A DNA stretch of 37,714 bases from a bacterium (lineage in GTDB: Bacteria; Oederibacteriota; PGYV01; Palsa-1178). Positions within the stretch are counted from its first letter, which is position 1; every line of letters begins with the position of its first letter. The DNA is taken from the NCBI GenBank assembly GCA_037138355.1, contig JBAXIL010000015.1, positions 1 to 37,714 on the forward strand. Direction: 5' to 3'. The position numbers and the translations under genes are program-made. The notes beneath the pieces were generated by a model, which saw nothing but the letters and a program-made list of their open reading frames with translations, made no database searches and was not told the origin of the DNA. This document shows positions 1 through 9,218 of the stretch, in pieces.

Positions 1-1894
1 CCGTTTTTGTGAATGTATTCGTGACCGTTCTGGTATATGTGAAAGTATTCGTTACTGTATTTGTTACTGTTTGGGTAAAAGTATTTGTAAAAGTATTTGT
101 AAAAGTATTTGTAACTGTATTTGTAAAGGTATTCGTAACCGTTTTTGTGAATGTATTCGTGACCGTTCTGGTATATGTGAAAGTATTCGTTACCGTATTT
201 GTTACTGTTTGAGTAAAAGTATTTGTAACAGTATTTGTGAAAGTATTTGTTACCGTATTCGTAAAGGTATTAGTAACCGTTTTTGTAAATGTATTCGTAA
301 CCGTTCTGGTATATGTGAAAGTATTCGTTACTGTATTTGTTACTGTTCGCGTTACTGTATTTGTGAAAGTATTAGTAAATGTATTTGTAACTGTATTCGT
401 AAAGGTATTCGTAACCGTTTTTGTGAATGTATTCGTAACCGTTCTGGTATATGTGAATGTATTCGTCACTGTATTTGTTACTGTTTGGGTAAAAGTATTT
501 GTAACAGTATTTGTAAATGTATTTGTTACCGTGTTCGTAAAGGTATTCGTAACCGTTCTTGTGAATGTATTCGTAATCGTTCTGGTATATGTGAAAGTAT
601 TTGTTACTGTATTTGTTACTGTTTGGGTAAAAGTATTTGTAAAGGTATTCGTAAATGTATTTGTTGCTGTTTTGGTAAAGGTATTAGTAACCGTTTTTGT
701 AAAGGTATTCGTAAATGTATTTGTCGATGTATAAGTCTGCGTTACTGTTTTTGTTACTGTCTGCGTAAATGTATTTGTAAAAGTATTCGTAAAAGTATTT
801 GTGATTGTTTTTGTAAAGGTATTTGTAACCGTATTAGTAAAGGTCTGCGTAACCGTCATTGTTGGAGTTGAAGTTTGCGTTACGGTTTTTGTTGAGGTTT
901 GAGTAAAAGTATTTGTGAAAGTATTTGTAAAGGTATTTGTGACTGTGTTCGTGAAAGTATTTGTAAAAGTTTGCGTTACTGTTTTTGTCACTGTTGAAGT
1001 TACTGTATTTGTGAATGTATTCGTAACTGTTAAAGAAAAAGTTGGAGTGACAGTTTTTGTCCAGGTCTGGGTTGTTGTTGGTGTATAAGTCATGGTTGCA
1101 GTAGGTGTTGGACTATTATGTTGAGTAATCGGCGTGCTAACTATCATAGGACTTCCACGCAAGTTGCTCAACAGCACTCCGCTATCAAGCATATAATCAG
1201 ATGCATCGGCAATAACTATTTGAAGCACATTTTGACTATTCGGTAAAACCGATGCAATAGTTGTAAGCATAGAAGTGGAGCCACCATAGCGAAGACCGTT
1301 AGCAGGAGGTAGCTGAACTTGATCACTTAAAAAGAAAGGTCCAAACATAGTAATTGGACTTCCTGTTGAGTCAAAAACAATTTGCACTCCATTTAAATAA
1401 ACACCAAAGCAATCATTAACACTGGCAATATAATCCGGATATTCTTCCGAACCAAAAATAAAATCAAAAGCAATTGAGTTTGTGAGCGCATCAGCAGTAA
1501 AAGTAATGGTCAAAACTACCGCATCGTGTGTAGCATTAGGACTATTAATAATTGCATCTGCAAGAGAACTGCCTGGAAGATAATTATCAGTGCTTGCAGC
1601 AGTATAAGTAAGATTAGGTGGCAATGCATTTATAGCCAGCCCTGTTGTCATTATTAATCCATTGCCTATACCCATAGGTCCAGCAACATAAGTTCCGCTA
1701 TCCAAATTGCAAGGTTGTCCACGAGGAGGATTACATTGAGTAATATCCGCCGCGGTTATTGCTATACCTGTAGATGATAATAAAAACGAATTAGAAATAA
1801 CTGTAGCATCTTGTGAAGGAGTTATAGTAAAAGCGCTTATACTATTGCTGGCGAGTGTCAGCAAAACAATAAGTAATATACTCCTCCATTTCAT
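1..1894 (-). CDS. Secreted choice-of-anchor L-like domain protein with very long (Thr-X)n repeat; 3' end outside window
   Basis: Not in the ORF track because it runs off the window. Hand translation from ATG at 1894 gives MKWRSILLIVLLTLASNSISAF (signal-peptide-like), then HDAVVLTITF..FDFIFGSEEYPDY..NDCFGVYLNG..IVIADASDYMLDSGVLL (choice-of-anchor L-type motifs), then the T-X repeat. I saw no stop codon down to position 2. Confidence 0.88.
   Translation of the reverse strand, partial: MKWRSILLIVLLTLASNSISAFTITPSQDATVISNSFLLSSTGIAITAADITQCNPPRGQPCNLDSGTYVAGPMGIGNGLIMTTGLAINALPPNLTYTAASTDNYLPGSSLADAIINSPNATHDAVVLTITFTADALTNSIAFDFIFGSEEYPDYIASVNDCFGVYLNGVQIVFDSTGSPITMFGPFFLSDQVQLPPANGLRYGGSTSMLTTIASVLPNSQNVLQIVIADASDYMLDSGVLLSNLRGSPMIVSTPITQHNSPTPTATMTYTPTTTQTWTKTVTPTFSLTVTNTFTNTVTSTVTKTVTQTFTNTFTNTVTNTFTNTFTNTFTQTSTKTVTQTSTPTMTVTQTFTNTVTNTFTKTITNTFTNTFTNTFTQTVTKTVTQTYTSTNTFTNTFTKTVTNTFTKTATNTFTNTFTNTFTQTVTNTVTNTFTYTRTITNTFTRTVTNTFTNTVTNTFTNTVTNTFTQTVTNTVTNTFTYTRTVTNTFTKTVTNTFTNTVTNTFTNTFTNTVTRTVTNTVTNTFTYTRTVTNTFTKTVTNTFTNTVTNTFTNTVTNTFTQTVTNTVTNTFTYTRTVTNTFTKTVTNTFTNTVTNTFTNTFTNTFTQTVTNTVTNTFTYTRTVTNTFTKT
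2..1110 (-). repeat. Coding low-complexity repeat: 6-bp (Thr-X) and 12-bp (T-N-T-F/V) units with a higher-order 138-bp (46-aa) period
   Basis: The marker gttctggtatatgtgaa recurs at 27, 165, 303, 441 and 579, exactly 138 bp apart. One unit translates as VTNTFTNTVTNTFTNTFTNTFTQTVTNTVTNTFTYTRTVTNTFTKT. Confidence 0.95.
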
Positions 1895-1902
1895 TATTGT
1901 TT

Positions 1903-3906
1903 TCAATTTACCCACCTCGCGATAACAAAAATACTTCCTTTATAAGGTTTGCTTATCCCTGGACTTTTTATCACATAAAAATAGACCCCAGGTTGTATGA
2001 GTTCCCCACTTTTATTTTTGCCATACCAATAAGCCAAAACATTATCAACAGGCCCTATAGATGTTACAAAATTGCCTGCCACAGTATATATGGTTATAGT
2101 AGAACCTAATTTTAAATTATCAAACTTCATTCGATTATTTACAGCCGTTGATATATTAAACGGATTTGGAAAAACCGCAGGCATATCCTCAGGATAATAC
2201 AGAGCATTTGAAAGCACTGTCGGCTGTAATATATTGTCATATTTATAATCGACCGCTGCAGTATTTTTTATTGGACATTTTGCATCTCTAAATTTTACTA
2301 TCTCCGTCTTAAATCTCAATATTTTATGAGCTCCTGATGATATAGTAGAGCTACCCAAGGACCACACAAGCAGATTGTGTCCATTTGAACCTGGAGCAAT
2401 TGTGGCTGGAATATCACTGCTTAAAAACCTGAGCTCATCAGTTAAGGTATCCCATATTACAATATCCGAAACTTCCGAAAGACTATTATTTTGAAGTTTT
2501 ATTGTAAACTCTATCACATCTCCAATTTTGGTATAATTGCCAGTTGCACTCTTTATGACTTCTAACAGTATTGGCGTGGGAGTTATTGTAAATGTAGGTG
2601 TTATTGTAGGAGAGTTTGTTGTCGTAGGCGTCATTGAAAAGGTCGGAGTTTCTGCAATCCATTTTTTGAAATATATTCCATCACTACCCTGCCACGCAAT
2701 TCCAGGATTATTCGTACTATCGTCCATTTGAAGCACTGGATTTGAAGCCCCTACTACTCCCAATTCAGAATAACCAACATTGTTTGCAGCATTGACCCAA
2801 GTAGTCCCGCTCCACTTCTTAAAATATATATCATCTGCGAGCATAAAGGCCACATTTTCCAAACCTGTATTTTTATCAAATACCAAAGAAGATATTTTTG
2901 CCCCATCAAAATAACTTGATGAAGTTATGTCAATACTACCAGTGCCACTTCCAGTCACATCCACCCAGGACAAAGCATCTGTAGATTTCAAATAATAAAT
3001 ATGACTAAGACCTCCACCTCCACTATTATCAGACCAAGCAATATGTGGTTTATTCGTATTTCCAAAAGAAAGAGATGGGTGAAAAGATGCCTGACTATCT
3101 TGTGGTACTATTATGGACTCATTTGAAACTCCATCAAAATCAACCCAAGCAGTACCGTTAAATTTTAAATAAAAAATATCTACTCCATTGTCCCAAGATA
3201 TTCCAGGTTTGTTTGCATTATCTAAATCCAATGATGGTGGATGCAATGTAGATGCCTGCATTGTAGAAACTTTGGCAGTTAAAGTTCCTCCACCAGTTGA
3301 GTCCACCCAAGCGCTACCATTCCATTCTAAATAATAAACCGCTACTGAACCAAGCGTATTATCAATCCAGGCAATATGCGGATTTCCAGTTGTATCAATT
3401 TTTAAACTTGGGTAAACAGATATTCCAGGATTATATGTTACTCTCGCAGATTCTTGTCCTGAACCATCTGCATCAACCCACGCTGAACCATTCCAATGAA
3501 GATAGTAAATTTCATAATTGCTATCGTTGGAATTATCAAACCACGCAATAGCAGGATTGCCAGAAGAGTCAAGCCCCAGCGAAGGACCGCCCCAATCGCC
3601 AACGAGATATCCCGACTTTCCTATATTACCTGAAACATTAATATTATTTAAAGCCACCCAAGCACTGCCATTCCATTCAACATAGAAAATATCATAATTA
3701 GTGTTAGATATTTTTTCAGCCCATGCGATGTGAGGTGCGCCTGAAGAATTATAGGCAAGTGAAGGAAAAAATGATTTTGCAGTCCATGTGACAACATTTC
3801 CTGAACCAATAGGATTATAGGCAGAATCTACCCAAGCAGCATTTGATACAGAATAACCAAACATAAGCGCCAGTAGAATCAAGCAAGTTGTGTGTAGTAT
3901 TTTCAT
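1903..3906 (-). CDS. Secreted beta-propeller protein with Thr/Pro linker, DUF11-like domain and FlgD-Ig/T9SS-like C-terminal domain
   Basis: Start moved to ATG 3906 (GGAG RBS; signal peptide MKILHTTCLILLALMFGYSVSNA). About 7 repeats of PxIAW...IYY/FxxWNGSAW; linker TPTFSMTPTTTNSPTITPTFTITPT; DUF11-like IKSATG..GDVIEFTIKLQN..IVIWDTL; C-terminus VFPNPFN..TITIYTVAG..WYGKNKSG..PGVYFYVI. Confidence 0.8.
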   Translation of the reverse strand: MKILHTTCLILLALMFGYSVSNAAWVDSAYNPIGSGNVVTWTAKSFFPSLAYNSSGAPHIAWAEKISNTNYDIFYVEWNGSAWVALNNINVSGNIGKSGYLVGDWGGPSLGLDSSGNPAIAWFDNSNDSNYEIYYLHWNGSAWVDADGSGQESARVTYNPGISVYPSLKIDTTGNPHIAWIDNTLGSVAVYYLEWNGSAWVDSTGGGTLTAKVSTMQASTLHPPSLDLDNANKPGISWDNGVDIFYLKFNGTAWVDFDGVSNESIIVPQDSQASFHPSLSFGNTNKPHIAWSDNSGGGGLSHIYYLKSTDALSWVDVTGSGTGSIDITSSSYFDGAKISSLVFDKNTGLENVAFMLADDIYFKKWSGTTWVNAANNVGYSELGVVGASNPVLQMDDSTNNPGIAWQGSDGIYFKKWIAETPTFSMTPTTTNSPTITPTFTITPTPILLEVIKSATGNYTKIGDVIEFTIKLQNNSLSEVSDIVIWDTLTDELRFLSSDIPATIAPGSNGHNLLVWSLGSSTISSGAHKILRFKTEIVKFRDAKCPIKNTAAVDYKYDNILQPTVLSNALYYPEDMPAVFPNPFNISTAVNNRMKFDNLKLGSTITIYTVAGNFVTSIGPVDNVLAYWYGKNKSGELIQPGVYFYVIKSPGISKPYKGSIFVIARWVN

Positions 3907-4084
3907 GGCACTTCTCCAATTCACTTTAACCTCGTTATTAGTACAAGACAAACAAAACATTAGAAGCTCAAGGAAATTGTTGAATTTCACTTGGACTCAT
4001 TATGATATATTATAGATACAAGTATTAGACATAAGCAAATCTAAATAGTTCTCCGTAAAATACCACAAAAATGCTTACATTATT

Positions 4085-4113
4085 ATATTACAAAATACCT
4101 ACCCATAAGTCAA
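4085..4113 (-). promoter_or_regulatory. Putative sigma70 promoter for the secreted-protein pair
   Basis: TTGACT-N17-TAATAT on the minus strand. The region is AT-rich, so a chance match is possible. Confidence 0.4.
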
Positions 4114-4325
4114 GAATTAATACTTCTGTCTTTAATATTTAATGAATTAATGAATTTTACAAGTGGCTTTTATTTCACAAGGTAGAACAATAGTTTTATT
4201 GTAAAAGTTACAAAAAGCTCATTTATAATTTCTATTATGCTATTAATATTACCTTGCATCTAATTTCAGTTAACTAAATAATTTTGTTAAATAAACCACA
4301 CAAATCTTTCAATACCAGTTTTTGA

Positions 4326-4354
4326 TTGCATATTTAATCAAAATTCTCTATAAT
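4326..4354 (+). promoter_or_regulatory. Putative sigma70 promoter for the foldase gene
   Basis: TTGCAT-N17-TATAAT about 70 bp upstream of the ATG. An inverted repeat at 4320-4343 overlaps the -35. Confidence 0.6.
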
Positions 4355-4423
4355 AACAAATGTTTTTAAGGGCTGATATTTATATTGCCTTGCATTTTAC
4401 TCAAACTAATGAGGTGAATTATC

Positions 4424-5881
4424 ATGATGAGAACATTAAGAAAAAACGCAAAGTATGTATTATGGATTGTTTTATCTGCTTTCTTAATTACCATAGTCGG
4501 TGTTTGGGGAGCCAAGCAAGCTTTTTTAGATCCTAAATCAAATCCTGATTTGATTGCCAAAATCGGCAAAACAGAAATCACTTATACTATGCTCAGCGAG
4601 GCCTGGCAAACAAGACTGCAACAATTTTCAGACCAAGGCATAAAGGTCTCAGCAGATAAAGAAAAAGAAATGAAAAAAGAACTATTAAATGCCCTAATCG
4701 AAAGACAGCTTCAGCTTAACTATGCCAAGAAACTTAAAATTACTTCAACTACAGAAGAAGTAGCCCAGTCCATAATGGGTATTAATGCTTTCAGTGAAAA
4801 TGGAGTTTTTAATAAAGACCGTTATGTACAGTACTTAACCAGCCAGCGAATTAATCCTTCAGATTTCGAAAACGAACAAAGAGATACTATCACACTCACC
4901 AAACTCCGCAATATGCTTAATTCAGGAATAAAAGTTACAAACGAAGAATTAAGAGCTTATTTTTCGAAACGGTCGCGTAAGGTTTCCGTAAATTATGTTT
5001 ATTTTAATTACAAAAACTTTCTAAACGAACTAAAAATAGACGAAGAAAAAATGAAGGACTACTATGCCATTAACAAAAAGAATTATACAAAGGCAGATAG
5101 AATTAAGGCATCACACATATTAATCAGACCTGATGCTTCTCCTACCTCTCCTACGGGCAGGACTGACGAAGGTGCCAATAAGTTTGCTAAGGAACTTCTT
5201 GCAAGATTAAAAGCAGGCGAATCCTTTGATAAGCTTGCTAAAAAGTATTCTCAAGATCCAGGAACTGCACCTAAAGGCGGAAACCTTGATTGGTTTTCAA
5301 AAGGTATGATGGTTCCAGAATTTGAAAATGCAGCATTGGCCTTAAAACTGGGTGGAATAAGCGATGTAGTAAAGACACAGTTTGGCTATCATATCATTAA
5401 AGTCACTGGCAAAGAAGCAGGCTTTGAGCCAACCTATTCCCTAATGAGAACAAAGGTACAAGATGAAATGCAGAAACAAGAAGGCCTAAAAATAATGAAA
5501 GCAAAAGCTCAAACAATGAGAGACGAGATAAAAGTTCCTTCAGATTTGGAAAAGACAGCACGCACAAACAAGGTTCAAATTAACGAGATTTCATTCAGCG
5601 AAAATTCAAAACCAAGCTCCATAAAATCTGCTGATTTTTCTGATGCAGTTTTAAACCTAAATAAAGATGAAGTATCAAACTTAATCACAGGTGATAATGG
5701 TTTTTATATCGCTAAAATCATATCAGCTAACACTTCTGCTTTTAACGAAACAGCATTTAAAAAATCAATTTATGATTTAACTTCAAAACTTAAAAACATT
5801 AAATACAAACAAGAACAAAACGATTTAATTGATAAACTTCGTAAAGAAGAAAAGGTTGTTGTTTTAGACAAAAACATTTAA
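4424..5881 (+). CDS. Membrane-anchored parvulin-type peptidyl-prolyl isomerase (PpiD/SurA N-terminal domain family)
   Basis: N-terminal TM (YVLWIVLSAFLITIVGVWG); SurA_N-like region with FSENGVFNKDRY; rotamase motifs ASHILI, FDKLAKKYSQDPGTAPKGGNLDWF, MVPEFE, VKTQFGYHIIKV. Confidence 0.9.
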   Translation: MMRTLRKNAKYVLWIVLSAFLITIVGVWGAKQAFLDPKSNPDLIAKIGKTEITYTMLSEAWQTRLQQFSDQGIKVSADKEKEMKKELLNALIERQLQLNYAKKLKITSTTEEVAQSIMGINAFSENGVFNKDRYVQYLTSQRINPSDFENEQRDTITLTKLRNMLNSGIKVTNEELRAYFSKRSRKVSVNYVYFNYKNFLNELKIDEEKMKDYYAINKKNYTKADRIKASHILIRPDASPTSPTGRTDEGANKFAKELLARLKAGESFDKLAKKYSQDPGTAPKGGNLDWFSKGMMVPEFENAALALKLGGISDVVKTQFGYHIIKVTGKEAGFEPTYSLMRTKVQDEMQKQEGLKIMKAKAQTMRDEIKVPSDLEKTARTNKVQINEISFSENSKPSSIKSADFSDAVLNLNKDEVSNLITGDNGFYIAKIISANTSAFNETAFKKSIYDLTSKLKNIKYKQEQNDLIDKLRKEEKVVVLDKNI

Positions 5882-5951
5882 TAACTGATTATAGCCTTAG
5901 CTTTCAATACTGAAATTTCTACAAGGTTATCTATTGAAATACAAAGGCAAT

Positions 5952-5987
5952 AAAAAAATCCGGTGCTAAAACACCGGATTTTTTTTT
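5952..5987. terminator. Bidirectional intrinsic terminator
   Basis: A7-TCCGGTG-ctaaaa-CACCGGA-T9 between the convergent foldase and maf genes. Confidence 0.88.
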
Positions 5988-6567
5988 ATAGCTTATCCCA
6001 ATGTGATAACACATACTTTACCTTTTCTATAGGTAGGCCTACCACATTATAGTAAGAACCATGTATTTTCTTTATAAAAGGATCAGAGTTTTCCTGTACT
6101 GCATAGGCACCGGCTTTATCCATAACATGATTGGTTTCTATATAATTTTTTATCCATATATTTTCTAACTTTCTAAAAGTCACATAGGATTCATCGTAAG
6201 TAATCACTGTCTTGCTTGTTCGCACATCGATAAAAGCCACTGCTGTGACTACGCAATGTGTTGATTTGCTAAGAGCAAGAAGTATTTCTAAGGCATGTTT
6301 TTTAGACCTTGGTTTTCCTATTATTTTTCCACGCAGTATAACGATAGTATCGGACCCAAGTATGATACCCTCTTTAGCTTTGTTTAAAACAGATTTAGCC
6401 TTTGCATAAGAGAGCCCACAAGCTATTTTTATAGGGTCCTTAGTCCCAAGTTTTGCTGCAGCTCGACCTTCATGAAGACGCGGCTTAATATATTCAAACT
6501 TAATTCCAAAAGCTTTCAAAATCTGATGTCTTCTTGGAGATGTAGAAGCCAATATTATTTTTTTCAT
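5986..6567 (-). CDS. maf: Maf family nucleoside triphosphate pyrophosphatase
   Basis: IILASTSPRR, GSDTIV, GKP, DKAGAYAVQ, GSYYNVVGLP motifs. Confidence 0.95.
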   Translation of the reverse strand: MKKIILASTSPRRHQILKAFGIKFEYIKPRLHEGRAAAKLGTKDPIKIACGLSYAKAKSVLNKAKEGIILGSDTIVILRGKIIGKPRSKKHALEILLALSKSTHCVVTAVAFIDVRTSKTVITYDESYVTFRKLENIWIKNYIETNHVMDKAGAYAVQENSDPFIKKIHGSYYNVVGLPIEKVKYVLSHWDKL

Positions 6568-6571
6568 AATT

Positions 6572-7561
6572 TTAAAAGCACCCCGCTATTTTTTGATTAC
6601 AGTAAATACATTTTCCGTCACTAATTTTGGAACTATCAATATCAATAAAATCACGCTTAATTATTTTTTCTCCGCATTTTGGGCAATAAGTATCGCTTCC
6701 ACCCACTTGAGCAGGGACATTACCCATATATACATACTTTAATTTTCTTTTTCCTATCTCATATGCTCTTTGCAAAACTTTCAATTCCGTCTGTTCTATG
6801 CTCATTTTATATTGTGGGAAATACCGCGAGAAATGAAGCGGTATATCAACCGATATCTCCGATACCCATTCTACTATACTCTCTATGTCCTTTTCATCAT
6901 TCAAACCAGGAATTATCAGAGTTGTTAGCTCCACATGAATGCCTGCGGCTTTTGCCTGCTTTATAGTTTTTAATACCGGCGCTAACTGCCCAGCACATAC
7001 CTTTACATAAAACTCATTACTAAAAGCTTTTAAATCTATGTTCATAGCATCAATATATGGCAGAATTTCTGTTAAGGGTTCTTCATTAATAAAACCATTA
7101 GTCACAAGCACATTTTTCAAATTATTTTCATGTGCTAAACAACAAACATCAAAAACAAACTCATAACCTATCAAAGGTTCATTATATGTATAAGCAATAC
7201 CTATTGAATTACTTTCTTTTGCCAAAGTGATTATTTCTTCCTTTTCATAATGTTCAGTGACCGACTTCTGCTGTGAGGTCTGCCAATTTTGACAAAAAGT
7301 GCACTTTAAATTACAGCCCCAACTGCCTATAGAAAAAACTTTTGTTCCAGGATAAAAATTATATAAAGGCTTTTTTTCAACTGGATCTACAGCATAAGAA
7401 GTCAGCTCTCCGTAAGTTAAAGCATACAAGACTCCTTCCTCATTTTGCCTGGCAAGACATATTCCTGCTTTGTGATTGCCTATCAAGCAGTTGTGAGGAC
7501 ACAACAAACACTTTACCTTATTTGCAACTTCCTTCTGATAATATCTCGCTTCGTAACTCAA
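6572..7561 (-). CDS. amrS: AmmeMemoRadiSam system radical SAM enzyme
   Basis: N-terminal CLLCPHNC..GIC, DPVEKKPLYNFYPG, radical SAM CNLKCTFCQN, AYTYNEP, PLHFSRYFP, C-terminal CPKCG..CIYC. Confidence 0.92.
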   Translation of the reverse strand: MSYEARYYQKEVANKVKCLLCPHNCLIGNHKAGICLARQNEEGVLYALTYGELTSYAVDPVEKKPLYNFYPGTKVFSIGSWGCNLKCTFCQNWQTSQQKSVTEHYEKEEIITLAKESNSIGIAYTYNEPLIGYEFVFDVCCLAHENNLKNVLVTNGFINEEPLTEILPYIDAMNIDLKAFSNEFYVKVCAGQLAPVLKTIKQAKAAGIHVELTTLIIPGLNDEKDIESIVEWVSEISVDIPLHFSRYFPQYKMSIEQTELKVLQRAYEIGKRKLKYVYMGNVPAQVGGSDTYCPKCGEKIIKRDFIDIDSSKISDGKCIYCNQKIAGCF

Positions 7562-7574
7562 TAGTAACTCCGCT

Positions 7575-8156
7575 TTATTTTTTTTGTGCTATAAGAAAAT
7601 AATCTGGCGGTTCATTTTTCAAACCACTGATAAGAGCCCTTGTTTTTCTTAATAGTATCTTTAATAACGAATTGTCCCAACTATCTTTATCATTATTGCT
7701 CTCTACAAACCTCAATCCCGCCAACTTGATAATATCCTTAAGATCCTCAGAAGTGTAAGGCCGCACATGTGTTTTATCTTTCCAAAACTCTTTTGTGGCA
7801 ACCCCTATATTCTTTATATTAGGCAGTATTGCTATAAATAGACCACCCTTTTTTAATACTTTATTTATATTTTTCAATAATTTTATGAGCTTCGATTTAT
7901 TTAGATGTTCAAGAATATGTCTTGCATATACTCCGTCATATTTTGCAATTTTTTGTTTAGCAAGATAAGCAAAAATATCTTCTTTTATGATTCCTATTTC
8001 CGAATCACTTCTTGGATGTTTATCCACCCCTGAGGCTTTAAGCCCCAGTGTAGAACATATTTTTAAGAAGTCGCCTGTTCCGCTTCCTAATTCCAAAATA
8101 GTACCATTTTTTTTAAACATTAAAGCATACTTGACCTGCTTTTGCATATTATTCAT
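7575..8156 (-). CDS. Class I SAM-dependent methyltransferase
   Basis: ILELGSGTG motif I, HILEHL, LKKGG, FWKDKTHVRPY; this style is common in glycan-biosynthesis clusters. Confidence 0.85.
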   Translation of the reverse strand: MNNMQKQVKYALMFKKNGTILELGSGTGDFLKICSTLGLKASGVDKHPRSDSEIGIIKEDIFAYLAKQKIAKYDGVYARHILEHLNKSKLIKLLKNINKVLKKGGLFIAILPNIKNIGVATKEFWKDKTHVRPYTSEDLKDIIKLAGLRFVESNNDKDSWDNSLLKILLRKTRALISGLKNEPPDYFLIAQKK

Positions 8157-9217
8157 TTGTTTAACCCACCATTTATGAATTTATAGAAAGCTTTAATTTC
8201 TTTTTCCCAATCATATGTTGCTGCTATAAAGATATGACCTTTTTTGTTTGTTTTGTCTTTCAAATTAAGGTGTTTATTGATTTTGGAAGAAAAGTTTCTC
8301 TTGTCTGAACTGCTCAAAATAACATACTTTTTAAAATCTTTCAACTCACCCACCGCGTTTGCCACCACATTTTTACCCATAGCAAGATACTCACGAAGTT
8401 TCATAGAAGCCCTGTAAGAGTTCACAGGAATATTTTTGTAGTACACAAGGCATAACTCAGCTGCACCTATATATTCGGCCAAAACCTCCTGCTTTAGCTG
8501 CCCAAGAAAAATCACCCGTTTTGTCAAACCAAGTTGTTTAACAATAGAAACATAATGGTGCAGCAAAGGACCACCGCCAGCCACTAATAAAACAGCACTA
8601 TCGTGTACTGCTTTAAATGACTCCAATATATCTTCCAAATAACTGGCTATATTTAAATGCGCCATATACAGAAGTAATTTTTTATTTTCAAAAGAGCTTC
8701 TTATAACTTTTACTTTTTCTTTATTTATATTTTTAGTATTAAAAATTTCCATATCCACGCACTGTTTAAGCAGATAAATATTATTTTCATACTCCGGATG
8801 TTCGCTAACGATTAATTGTTGAAGCTTCACATTATGCGTTGTAAGCACATTGGCAAAATTAATCATTTTATTTTGTGACCACCTGACTATTTTGGACAAA
8901 AAACCTTTTCTATAACCATAATCCATATCGTCTATATCAATTATTATTTTTGCTCCACGATTTTTTAACATAAGAGCTGGAATTACGGTATTTGGATAGG
9001 GCTTAACAATAATTACATAATCATAGTGATTATTCATAAGTTTAAAAAAGTTATAAATAAAAGAAAAAATAAAATCAAGCATGAAAGGCATGCTTTTAAA
9101 TATTGGTTTAATGTATTGCGTTTTCTTATCAAGCTTTTTTAGATATTTATAAATGTATTCCGCTCTAAGAGTTGAACCTGTATTGCTCGCCTGTGATGAA
9201 AGGACAAGAATACTCAT
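8153..9217 (-). CDS. GT4-like (GT-B) glycosyltransferase
   Basis: IIDIDD, LLVAGGGP, VIFLGQL, MKLREYLAMGKNVV, C-terminal YDWE. Confidence 0.88.
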   Translation of the reverse strand: MSILVLSSQASNTGSTLRAEYIYKYLKKLDKKTQYIKPIFKSMPFMLDFIFSFIYNFFKLMNNHYDYVIIVKPYPNTVIPALMLKNRGAKIIIDIDDMDYGYRKGFLSKIVRWSQNKMINFANVLTTHNVKLQQLIVSEHPEYENNIYLLKQCVDMEIFNTKNINKEKVKVIRSSFENKKLLLYMAHLNIASYLEDILESFKAVHDSAVLLVAGGGPLLHHYVSIVKQLGLTKRVIFLGQLKQEVLAEYIGAAELCLVYYKNIPVNSYRASMKLREYLAMGKNVVANAVGELKDFKKYVILSSSDKRNFSSKINKHLNLKDKTNKKGHIFIAATYDWEKEIKAFYKFINGGLNK

Positions 9218-9218
9218 G

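Noticed and set aside
1..720. 138-bp periodic repeat as a possible CRISPR array
   Set aside because: There are no unique spacers, the period is a multiple of 3 inside a coding frame, and no cas genes are present.
9..871. Plus-strand ORFs 9-212, 71-871 (Cys-rich) and 237-734 (Val-rich)
   Set aside because: These are antisense shadows of the Thr-X repeat. The minus-strand frame has a start codon, a signal peptide and a recognisable domain.
3907..3990. Longer N-terminal extensions given by the ORF track for this gene and for purN (17209), alr (32941) and the Zn-ribbon protein (20074)
   Set aside because: Downstream ATGs have clear Shine-Dalgarno sites and match family N-termini or signal peptides.
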